Assembly: GCA_028534125.1 (NCBI GenBank)
Contig: CM052817.1
Span: 57,166,001 to 57,230,000 of the forward strand
From: Lama glama
Lineage: Eukaryota
Direction of reading: 5' to 3'
Length of the DNA stretch: 64,000 bases
Below the pieces are notes generated by a model, which saw nothing but the letters and a program-made list of their open reading frames with translations, ran no database searches and was not told where the DNA came from. Shown here one piece after another: positions 26,388 through 37,824 of the stretch. Each line of letters opens with the position of its first letter. Positions within the stretch are counted from its first letter, which is position 1. The position numbers and the translations under genes were made by a program.

Positions 26388-26905
26388 ATCTATGAAACCA
26401 TGAAAGACACAGAAGAAACTTAAAAAGACATTTTACTAAATGAAAGAAGCCAGTCTGAAAAGGCTACAAACTGTACGATTCCAACCAACTGACATTCTGG
26501 AAAAGGCACAGCTACAGACACAATAAAAAGATCTTGGTTTCCAGGGGTTTGGGAAGAGGGAGGGTGGGAGGAATGAATAGATGGAGCACAACGGATTTTT
26601 AGGGCAATGAAATTATTCTGTATGATACTATAGTGATGGCTACATGTCATTATGCATTTGTCAAAACCCATAGAATGTGCAACACCTAGAGTAAACCCTA
26701 ATATAAATTATGGACTTTGGTTGATAATAATGTGTCCATGTTGGTTCATCAATTGTACCAAATATGCCACACTGATGAGGGATGTTGAGGGTAGGGGAAT
26801 ATATATGTGTGGTTGGGGAGGGCTATGTGGGAACTCTGCATTTTCTGCTCAATTCTGTTGTAAACCTTAAACTGATCTAAAAAAAATACACTCCATCAAA
26901 AAAAA
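26388..26905 (+). mobile_element. L1MC1-like 3' end
   Basis: tgaaagaagccagtctgaaaaggctaca...caaaacccatagaatgtgcaacacc...ttctgttgtaaaccttaaactg. Confidence 0.85.
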
Positions 26906-27446
26906 ATGTGAATCTATGCCCCCACCCCTTGAATAGGATCAGGTTTGTGACTAATGAATAGAGCTTGTGGAAGTGATCCTATGTACTTCTGAGGCTGTCA
27001 TAAAAGGTCACAGAGTGCTTTCTTTCTTCTCTGGAACAATTACTCTTGTAAGCTGCCAAGTAAGAAGTCTGACTACCCTGAGGCCATCATGCTGTGAAGA
27101 TGTTCAAACCACATGGAAAGGACATAGGTAAACAGACTGTCAACCATCCCAGCTGGGCCAAGCCTTCCATTTATCACAGTCCATCTCATTTATCCAGTGC
27201 TAGACATGTAAGTGAGGAAGCCTCCAGATGATTCAATTCCCCCAGACATTTGAGTCTTTTCAGTTGAGATCCCAGACCTTGTGGAGCCAAGACAAGATAT
27301 CCAGTCTGTGCTCTATCCAAATCCCTGACCCACAGAAGCCATGTACAAGTAAAATAGTATTGTTTTATTTGATTGTTATGCAGCAATAGATAAGTAAAAC
27401 ATACCTTCTCCTGGTACACAGACATATACATGATCTTTTAATAAAC

Positions 27447-28232
27447 AGTCTACAGATTCAGTGCAATCCCTATCAAAAAACTAATGGCATTTTTCACAGA
27501 ACTAGAACAAATAATTCTAAAATTTGCACAGAACACAAAAGACTCAGCATAGCCAAAACAATCTTAAGATTAAAGAATAAAACTAGAGGTATCATGCTCC
27601 CTGATTTCAAAATTATACAACAAAGCTACAGTAATCAAAAGAGTATGGTACTGGCACAAAAGCAGGTATATAGATCAATGGAACAGAATAGAAAGCCCAA
27701 ATGAACCCACACTTATATGGGCAAGTAATCTACAACAAAAAAACCAAGAATATACAGTGGAGAAAAGACAGCCTCTTCAATAAATGCTGCTGGGGAAACT
27801 GGACAGCTACATACACAAGAATCAAACTGGACTACTTTCTCACACCACATACAAAAATAAACTCAAAATGGATTAAACAGTTATATGTAAGACCTGAAGC
27901 CTAAAACTTCTGGAAGCAAACATAAGCAGTATGCTCTTTGACATTGGTCTTAGTGATATTTTTGGGGATATGTCTCCTCAGGCGAGGGCAATAAAAGTAA
28001 AAATTAACACTGCTGTATGTTAGATATGAAAGTTGGTTGTTAAGAGAGTTCTCATCACAAGAAAAAAAATTTTTTTCTGTTTCTTTGATGTATCTATATA
28101 AGATAATGGATGTTCACTAAACTTATTGTGATAATCTTTCATGAGGTATGTAAGTCAAATCATTATGCTGTACACCTTAAATTTATACAGTGCTGTATGT
28201 GAATTATATTTCAATAAAACTGGAAGAAAGAA
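27447..28232 (+). mobile_element. Internally deleted L1 (ORF2 fragment fused to a 3'UTR tail)
   Basis: ORF 27701-27904 [12 protein letters not shown]...[16 protein letters not shown]...[13 protein letters not shown] is ORF2p; jumps at about 28008 to a 3'UTR ending tcaataaaactgg. Confidence 0.9.
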
Positions 28233-28479
28233 AACAGTAAGATTTTTCTTAATATATAAAGAAATTTTCCAAGAGTTCTGCACTTGCTTCTAGTATAGCT
28301 GAAATTATATAGTTCTCTATTCATTGTTTGAATAAGTCACTAAATGATTGGACCATTTTAACACTTGTTTCTAAATAAGGCATTTTGATGATGATAAAAA
28401 TATTACTCTTCCTCTTTCAGCTATTTGAATATAATTCCCACTTAATAATAAAAGCCAGCATATATACGAGATTTTGAAG

Positions 28480-28680
28480 AGTTTTTCATCTATTATTAAC
28501 TTTAAGCCTCCCAATATTTTGTTCACTAGGTACCATTAGCATCTTCTCATTTTAAAGTAATTAAGTTGAGCAAGGGAAGTTAAGTAATTTACCTAAGGTC
28601 ACATACTGGTAAATGGCAAAGCCAGGATTCAACCCAGGCAGTTTTCAGCCAGAATCTCTGCTTTAAACCACTGCACTAAA
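28480..28680 (-). mobile_element. MIR SINE
   Basis: gttaagtaatttacctaaggtcacatactggtaaatggcaaagccaggattcaacccaggcagt. Confidence 0.85.
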
Positions 28681-30459
28681 TTCCTTCTCCTCCTTTCTTT
28701 CTGCTCGACATACAGAAAGGTTAAGCTGCCAGGAAATACACATCTCAGAACTAGTTATGGACACAGGCCAGTAATCTCGCAGCTCTGCCTCACGAAGGCT
28801 AGATCATGTTGCTATTTTACTATTATTTTTTGTGGAAAAGACCCCAAAACCCAGAAGTATAGAGCTATATAAATTAAAGAAGAACAAAGAAAATAATAGA
28901 AGCAAAAGACAGAGATGGAGCCCTTGTGCACGGACCCATATGCGTGACCAAGAATTTACAGAATGAGGGATTCTACTGGTAAGTCAGTTTCAAAGTATTT
29001 ATGTAAATAAACTTTAAAAAATAAGAAGTAAGGAAAGAAGAAGAGAGAGAGGAAAGGAGGGGATAAGGAAGGAAGAAAGGAAGGATGGATGGAAGGTAAC
29101 AACTTTAGTAATAATGAATAGTTGAAGAGATTCAAGGCCACTGTGTGAAGGAGGAAGGAAAAAATAAGAAAATAAATAGCTGAAAATAGGGAACCAATTA
29201 CAAATCCAATTTGGGGACTTAAAAAAGACTTCAAAGGGAGCTACAAATAAGAGATATCTGCCACTGAATAAATTCAGATCATAAACAAATTTGCATTCAG
29301 TTCATTTCAATGGGGAGAAACGCTCTACAGTGATGGGCATAAAAGCAAACCTGTGTGTACATCTGGAAATTCTACAGGACTAAGTTGAAAAGCTAGTTAT
29401 TTAATCATCTGTGACCCAATTACACCTAAACGTATTTCCGATTCTCTGTGCAGTGAAGGAACTAGCATGGCAAGTAAGATGGAAGGGAGTAGAATGTGTT
29501 AACATTTAAGAAAATGTAATTTCAACATGAATAATATTGATTTAGTTAGGAAGGAGGAAGTTAATCTTTTAAAGGAACATGAAAAGTAAGTCAAACAAAT
29601 CTTAGAAAAAGATTAAGAGGCAAAATGCAGAATTTTACAGAACAATATATAAAGTCTTAAGGAAGCTATATTTTTAATGCAATAGTCATCATACATAAAT
29701 GTCCATTTTTAAAAAATTGTTCATATGTATAAGAAAATACCACTTTTAAACATTCTCTAGTAATAACAAAGGGAACAGACTTCTGGAAATCTCCTTCGTT
29801 TGGAAGTGTTATTGAATTGAAATGAAATACTCTGTAATACAAGCAGAAATAACCCCAAATACTCAACAATTCACTAAATATTTATTGAGTACTCATTATA
29901 TACCAGAAACACTACTAAGGCAATGGGGAGCTAATAAAGAACTGACTTAAATCCTCCTCAAACATTTCTCAAAAAAATGTAATAGGAAAGAAAAATCTCT
30001 AATGTACCAATTCTTGATGTAATGTATAAAAATGTGGGTCAGTTTTCCAATGACCCCTCATATCTAATACTAAATGTTTTTCTGCCATCGGAGATACATT
30101 CATTCATGGTCCACACTCAATACCATTTTATCCATGTGAATTTCCAAAAGTTGTGGAGAATGTCAATTCAATAGGATAAAAGGCTACTGGTCTCAGAGAA
30201 AAATATTTTGTAAACAGAGCCCTAGAAAGAGAACATAGGTCAGCTGCCCACTGCAGGACTATGCTAGTAACTAGCTGCATGGCATGTAATCTTTAGATCC
30301 TCAATAAAATAAATAACGTTTAGAAAACTTCAGTTTCATTTTACAGGTGAAGAAGGCCAAGGAATGTTCAATGATTTAACTGGGGTTAATACCCTGAACC
30401 TGTGCATTTTCTTGCAATTTTATGCTGCCTCTATTTTTCTTATCTACTGTCAGCATTTT

Positions 30460-30900
30460 TTATGAGTAAGAACTTCTTCAACTGTAACAAAAATGCAACT
30501 CAACCTTGAGTAAAAAGAGATTTGTTGTCTAAAGTAAACTAAAAAATCCAGGGGCAGCAGGGATTCAGGCATGGTTGAATCTAGGAACTTGATTTATATT
30601 GTTTACTCTTTATGTTTTGATTTTGCTTATCTCTGTGGCTCCATTCTCAGGCAAGTTCTCCCTTCAAAGTCACACATTAGACCTCCAATTGTTCTATCAA
30701 AATTCCTGGGACTTTATCTTATTGGATCAATTTGGGTCATGTGGCAATTCTCAATACCTAGAAAGCAGAGTCAGCCTAACTCAAACCACATAGAATGGAG
30801 GTGGAGGAAGGATGGTTCTACCCAAGAAAGTTCAGGATGCTAATATCAGAAGACTGGAAAGTGGATGCAGGGCAGGCAAAAAATTTGAAATCTACATCAC
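30460..30900 (-). mobile_element. MaLR LTR (MLT1K/L-like)
   Basis: ggattcaggcatggttgaatctagg...ggctccattctcaggc...ttggatcaatttgggtcatgtg...ggatgcagggcaggcaaaa. Confidence 0.65.
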
Positions 30901-32798
30901 TCTTAAATAGCTTAACTACACATGTCTGCCATTTGTAACAGGTTTCATTAACTTTCATTAGATACATTTATTCTTGGTATTCTAATGCTTTGATCTGATT
31001 CATAGGATTCATTTTGGAAAAGTTCCAATAAAAGACAAATCTACATGACATATATACAGCTGAGCAACTATTTTCAAGTATATTTTCTCTGTAACTTAGC
31101 TAGAATAGTCAGACATGAAAAGTGACATGAGCCAGGTGAGGACTGAGAAAGTGAAGGGAAGGATTACTTTGCATTGATGTTTCTTCTATCCACATGTTTA
31201 CTTCTCTAGAAAAAACTAACTACTGTCACTTTAAAAGGACCATGGTGACTACTCATCCAGAACTACTTTCTATGAGTATCCTTACACCCATGTGGCAAGA
31301 GCTATAGTGAAGTGCATTTAGCATCCTGTGCACTTACCAGAGAACATGCAGTCCATATGGCCTAAAAGTAAAGAAACTTGAACAAGCTGGTGGAAGAATC
31401 AGCAAGAGGTCTGTTCTGACTCCCAATTATATGCTATTTCCATGGTCTGTTTATCTGAGCCAACTCAGATGACTATGAACATTTCAGATTGCTCTTCACT
31501 GTGGTTACTGTTCAACTCTGTCATTTGCCTTCTTGAGTTATTTTTGACATTGGAGTTCAACCATTTATGTAGACAAAAATAAACCATTTTACAGAGCACA
31601 AAACTAGCCCAGAAAGATGAGACTAGAGCTAAGAGTTCTGGATAACAACTCTCCCCTGTAAGCGTTAGTCCTTGACTCACTTAAAAATAATGTTGTAAAG
31701 TCTGAGGTTGCAAATTACATACCTTCATCTATGGATCTGGAATCAGTTGAGAAACAGAGTAAGTGACCAGATATCAAAATATCACCTTAGTTGCTGGTAA
31801 CACCAGATTTGAGACTACACCTGGATCCACCCCTGTCTGATTTTCCTAACACTTTCCTTACAGAGCAAACCCATCTACCCTTTACAATACTGAGTCTCAC
31901 GAGGAACAAACCTAACACACATAGGTAGAGAAGGAAAACACAAATGTGTGAAGCAAAGGCCAAGAGAATGAAGAAGAACAGACTACAGAAGAGCAACACT
32001 CATCATCTGAACTCTACCCAGAAGAATGGACAGTGGGTGTCTGACTCTTGCAGTGGAAAGGTAAACCACTCCTGCAGAAATAAGTAACAGATGGAGAATG
32101 GAGACTAAAAAAGGGATCTGGCTTTCAATGTCTAACAAACACCCAGAGCCATAAAATAGTTCTTTATTGGGCAATGAAATAGAAATTTCTTCATGAAAAA
32201 TAAAGTCAGAAAAAAATGAGTTGGCTCCTAAAAAAAAAAAAAAGAAAAGAAAGAGTGAGAGAGAGAATGGCTGCCATTTATTAAACATCAAAGGCGTCAA
32301 GTACTTGAATTCTATTATTCATGAAAAGCCTTATGGTTATTTTTATCCCTATGTTAGAGATAAGGAAACTAGGTTTCAGAACATTTAACAAGCCCTTTCT
32401 CTTTCCACTGTATCACAATACCCCTTGGAATATTTTCATTATTGTTTTTTGCTGCCCAGTATCTAAATCCCCTTCCTAAACTGAGGGAGTCTTGTCCTTG
32501 TGTGAAATTTGGAGGTAGGCAAGGCCCTCCTCTCCCAAAACGGAAATTGAAAAGGCTAGACAATTGCTCTCCCTGAATGCATAACCTAGACTCGGCCAAT
32601 TAAATGTACCTGGGACACCAACTCTAGATCAAATGAGTTTTAAAAATCAGGAGGCAGTTTAGAGTTCATTAAGTGACAGTGACAGCATCCTGTACCTAGA
32701 GGCCAGCAGAAACTCTGATACCTGTAACTACTACCAGTTGTTCCTGTGGTATATGGATCATCTATGGTTCAGGCCCACAGTTTCATTTGATCCTTGCC

Positions 32799-33764
32799 TG
32801 TGATGGTCTGAATTACAGTTCAGCAAATATTTATTCCACCCACCTCCTGACTTTCCACAGTAGGTCCTGCCCAACTTACGTTTGGCTTGGCCATGTGACT
32901 TGCTTTGGTCACAAAGCAACATTAGCCAATGTGATACATGAACACAATCACATGCTTGTGTGGGTGGCTTGAAGCATAAGTTCCAGGGCTTTGTCACAAG
33001 AAGATTATGCCCCAGGAAGCTTCTTCTCTTTCCCTGAGCCCAGACAAAGACACACATGCAGTACACAGAACCCAACTCAGAGCCTGGAGTTGAGGAGTCC
33101 TGCCAACCTGTACCTCAAAACAGAGCTACCTGGTTGTATTAGTTTCCTGTGGCTGCTCTAGCACAAAGCTGGTATCTTAAAACAACAAAAATTTATTCTC
33201 TGACATTTCTGGAGGCCCAAGTCAGTTTCACTGGGACAAAATCAAGGTATCAGCAGAGCAGTGCTCCAACCAGAAGCTTTAGGGGAAAATATGTTCTCTT
33301 GCCACTTCTAGCTTCTAGAGCTGCATTCCTTGGTTCACGCTCCCTTCTTCCAACTTTAAAGCCAGACGCATAGTATCTTCAAATCTTCTCTGTTGCCACT
33401 GAACACCACCTTGTGTCTTCTGGGTCAAATTCCCCTCTGCCCTCCTCTTATAAAGACATTTATAATTGCATTTAGGAGCCACTAGGATAATCCAGAATAA
33501 TATCCCCAACTCAAGATCCTTAAGTTAAACACATCTGCAAAGTCTCTTGCCACATAAGTAACATTCACAGATTATAGGGATTAGGACTGGGTATCTTGAA
33601 AGGGCCATTATTCAGCCTGTCACACCAGCAGAGTCCATTCAGGACCCACAAACCACAGTCATTCTGTAGACCCATGAGAGTGAGAATAATGCTCATTTTT
33701 TAAGCCTCTGGGCTTTGGGGTAGCTTGTTATGCAACATAATTGTGGCAATAGCTGATTAAAACA
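32799..33764 (+). mobile_element. MaLR LTR (MLT1H/I/J-like) nested in the LTR33-like element
   Basis: TG...CA ends; ttggcttggccatgtgacttgctttgg; tttggggtagcttgttatgcaac...gcaatagctgattaaaaca. Confidence 0.75.
33135..33624 (-). mobile_element. MLT1C-like LTR, innermost of the nest
   Basis: tgtattagtttcctgtggctgct...aaacaacaaaaatttattctct...ggataatccagaataat...gccattattcagcctgtcaca. Confidence 0.85.
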
Positions 33765-36174
33765 TGTTCATCTTCTGAAAGCTTCCTCTTGATTTTCTGA
33801 GCCACTAGGAATCTCCAATAAACTCTTCTTGTGCTTAAGTGAATTAGAATCAGTTTCTGTTACTTGCAATCCAAATAACCTACCTGATATTTACTAAACA
33901 TAACAATTTTGAGAAACACAGAATAGAATACCAAATGATAATACTGAGAACATAAAACTTAAACTGGATGTTTTTCTTAGTACTTGTATCATAATGATTT
34001 GTTTAGAGAAACTGACAAAATAAAGAAGTCAGCAGAAGATGGATATTTAGATGACTTGAAGTATTTTAAGTAGACAACACTTCTTTTCCAATCAAAGGAA
34101 ACTAAATCAAAACCCTAACCTTCAGATAAGGAGATGAGTAATTAAGATGGGTGTTTTAACACAGAGAGCAGCTGGTAAAATGATTACAATAGTGTATGCT
34201 GTCCCAAAGAAACAATGACAAGAACTCTGAAAAGACTACTGAATCAAACTGGCATTTTTTCAAACTTTATTTTAACTCCTAGTCATTTCTATCCAGAAGA
34301 GATTCCACAGGTCAGAGAACTGGCAATGAATTAATGTCATAAAAAAGGTATAGAGACAGCAGGAAATTGCAGACAATTAGTTAAGCCTTGTGATTCTTTG
34401 CCCTCATTTTACATCTTAAACAAAGTAAAAAAAGGGCAGTAGATGGAAGGTAACTTTAAAATTTGCTCCTTTGTAAAGGCCAGCCAACAGAGCTTCAGGA
34501 CATTTATTTGAAGTCAGGACATTAGTGCCAGGGTGAATAAAGGGAATGTAACAGGTTTACATTTTCACAAAGGGGCCTGACAGATCTTTATCAAAGGAAG
34601 AATGTCCAAGAGACAGAGTGATGGGATAATAGGAAGTGGAATTAAAACCTGGCTTCTAGGGAGACAAAAAGCAATGATAACTTGGAGTGCTTCCAAGGTA
34701 ACTTGGGAGTAATGTGTGAGGGTGAGGAGCAAGTTGGAGCAAAGAAAGCTCCAATACTGGGCAGATATAAGCAAAGGAGATTCCCCCAGTAGAAGAGCTG
34801 TGCCTGCCTTCTTGAAAACAAAGATCAGCAACATTTCACTGGAAGAATCACAACCCTTCCTTCTTGAACAAATTGCTTAGAACAGAAAGGTCTTCTAGAG
34901 GACTTCTGACAAATAAACTAAGGTGATATGGATGGTCCTCTCCTCCAAAAAAAGAAATTCTGGATAAAATAGAACCCAAAAAATAATGCATAACTGAGTT
35001 TGAAATACAGAAATAGAAATATCCAGGTGCTTAAAAACAAAAGGAGATTTCACAGAGCAGGAAGTGTGAGCTAACCTCACAGCCTTCCAGCAGAGCTGTG
35101 ATCCTGGATGTGGGTCTTAGGTCCAGGGGTAGGATGTGGCAAGGGTCCCACAAAGCAGAGAAGCTGGAATTGGGCCCTCTGCATGAGGCCACAAGCCTCA
35201 AAGCACATCACTAGGAAAAATTTATACTAAAAATTATCTCTTAAATGTCCACCACTTAAATATCTGGCCAGAGAAACCAAAACTCTTGATTACCTTTGCA
35301 GACCTACTGACAAAATGCCCCTGTCTTGGCCAGTATGTAATTCCCTGCTATATCTATATATTTCTGCTTTCATTGGCAAAGGAACTTCCCTCTGGTTGTC
35401 AGGAGTTGCAAAGTACTACAAATAACAGAGAGGACACCTGGGAATAAAACATATTCAAGTAAATGAAAGGACTAACTTAAACACACTAATTCAGGAAATA
35501 CAGAGTTAAGATTGAAAACCTGTCCTGGTCCCCAGCATTAAGTAAAGCTTTTTGTCTTTTTTCCCCTACTACAACAGTGCCAATTAAGAATAGAGTGTCA
35601 GCTGAGAGAGGTGTATAATGGAAAATGCTGACAGATTCTTAACTCTAACAGCCAGAAGAGAGTAGCTTTAATAAGGTGTCTGGAAGCAAAGGAATTTTTT
35701 AAGGAATGGGGAGAAAGGGGAAATTACTAAGCAAGATGAGATGAGCTGGAGGTAGAGATGAGAAACCTGATAAGGAGGCCCTTAGGCTGACAGAACGCTC
35801 AATCAAATCATGCTGTAAGCAAGATCCCTTCTCTTGTTTTGGACCCTACTACATCCTCACCCAGCTTATTCTTGGGTGAACTATGCCCTACCCTAGAAGA
35901 CAGGGACCTAGCTGTGAGTCTAACTCTGACCCCTTCCCTAGGGCTCTGCTCTGTCTGCACACAGAGGAAATGACCATGTGATATAGACATTTAAAAATAA
36001 AGTCATATTTAATGTAGTGCCTTCTGAGGTCTCTTCAGCATGAGTCAAGTCAAATTAAAGTCAAGTCATCTCAAGTAGAACATCAAACCAAAGAAACTCT
36101 GAGTGGTGTTATGCAATACGATCACCCTGAAATATAATGGGATTCCTCCCTGGTCCTACTTTGGGAACTTACCT

Positions 36175-36492
36175 TTTACTTTTTATTATGGAAAATTTTA
36201 AGCAAACCAAAAGTACATAGGACAGAAAAATGAGCCCTCATGTAGCCATCATCCTGCTCAAAAATTATCAACTTATGTCCAATCCTGTTTTATCTGCATA
36301 CCTCCCCATATCCCCCTTTCCTCCACTGAATTATTTTAAAGCAACTCTACGCAGCAAATTACTTCAACCCAGGGATTTTGGTATATATCTTAAAAAGATT
36401 TCCATGTTTCTTAACATAACAGTATCATTAAAATACCTCAAAAAATACCAATAACTCCTTAATCATAAAATTCAGCCAGTGTTCAAATTTCT
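36175..36492 (-). mobile_element. L1MC4/5-like 3' end
   Basis: tttttattatggaaaattttaagca...aattattttaaagcaa...cagtgttcaaatttc. Confidence 0.7.
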
Positions 36493-37014
36493 TTGGGGCA
36501 TTCTTTAGAACAATGAGGGTCAGGCAATAGGCAGAGGACAAGCTGAGAGCACTACCAATTGATGCTGGATAATAATAATAATAGTAATAGTAAAATAAAA
36601 TAAAACAACCAACCTTGAGACAGACAAAATCACATCATAAATGCCCTCTATAGTCCCCAGAGTCAGGCCCTACAGGTGCAACCAGGCAATACCACCTCCT
36701 GCCTCTCTCTGCACATGCCCTCAACCCTTCAACTCAGGATTATTGTGCCATGACTTATTTTCTCCTTTGAGGCCACTGTATATATTGTTTCACAACCAAT
36801 TTTGACCTGTATATAAAATTGAGGGGAAGACCCCATATTAATTCCCACAGCACTATAGCAAAACTTAGATTCTGTCACCCAGAAAGACTGGCACTAAACA
36901 GGTGCAATCACAGAGCACTAAACAGAACTACTTGAATGGGCCCATTTGCACAAACCATGATGAATCTGTCACACGAAGAGGAAAGAATGACTCTCGGTGA
37001 ATGAGTAATGATGA

Positions 37015-37275
37015 AGAAAAAGGGCTCTTGAGTTGGACTGACTGGGTCCTAATCCCAGATCTCAGTTTACATTCTGAGTAACCAAACTGCTTATTATATT
37101 TGTACCTTCAATTCCCCAAATGTTAAGTGAGGTCAGTAACAGGATCTATCTCCTAGCTTAATTTTCAGGATTGAAAGCGATAATGCTAAAATTGGGAGAG
37201 TACCAGGTAAACAGGGATGGTTGGTTAACCTATAAAAGGGTATCTGCTACACAGAAAGTGCTCAATAAATATTAA
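37015..37275 (+). mobile_element. MIR SINE
   Basis: ctgggtcctaatcccag...cttcaattcccc...gtgctcaataaatatta. Confidence 0.6.
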
Positions 37276-37762
37276 CATTTACCAGTAGTAATAGTAGTAA
37301 TTGAGGTAGAAGTCGAGGTAGAAAGTATTTTAGCTTCTCATTAAAGGAGATAATAATAGCTAATTTCCCAAACAACTCCAAAATATAATTTACTTTCTCT
37401 GTAGGTAGGGATTTCCCAAATCTGGAAGCATTCAAACACACCGATAAAGGGTATAAGCGTCCAATTTAGTGAACCTGTCCCATGGTTCCCAAACCTAATT
37501 GATCCTCAGACTTAGTTTTGAGGAGATTCCTTAAAATGCACATGCTTGGGTCCCTTGAATTAATACATTTCATTTGGGATATGGTGATCTATATTCTTTT
37601 AAAAGTTCCTTGGTTGATTCTCATATCCTTAGTAGCAGTAAAAATTTGCTGTCAAAAAACAGTATCAAAAAACAAGCCATCAGATCTTGACTACTTCCAA
37701 AATTTTCCCTAATCTTCAAGTTTTATGATGTCAAGAATTTTGAAAATACTCGTTTCAAAGCC

Positions 37763-37777
37763 ATATATGTGTGTGTG

Positions 37778-37824
<47 letters not shown>
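37763..37824. repeat. (TG)n/(TA)n microsatellite
   Basis: Seen directly. Confidence 0.9.

Larger units (their letters stand above)
23776..26905 (+). mobile_element. TSD-bounded chimeric L1 retro-insertion (5'UTR + ORF1 + inverted L1 pieces + L1MC-type 3' end + A tail)
   Basis: Perfect TSD atgtgaatctatgcc at 23761-23775 and 26906-26920; starts at an L1 5' end (caagatggc at 23787); ends in an A run. Confidence 0.88.
23712..27401 (+). mobile_element. MaLR LTR (MLT1F/G-like) in two pieces, 23712-23775 and 26906-27401, interrupted by an L1 chimera
   Basis: tatggttttaaaacatagccacaaattttttgatac...atgtgaatctatgcc resumes as cccaccccttgaat...ttgttatgcagcaatagataagtaaaaca. Confidence 0.85.
32409..33890 (+). 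mobile_element. ERVL LTR33-like LTR, outer shell of a nest (32409-32798 and 33765-33890)
   Basis: 5' part tttgctgcccagtatctaaatcccctt; 3' part ccaataaactcttcttgtgcttaagt...agaatcagtttctgttacttgcaa. Confidence 0.7.
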
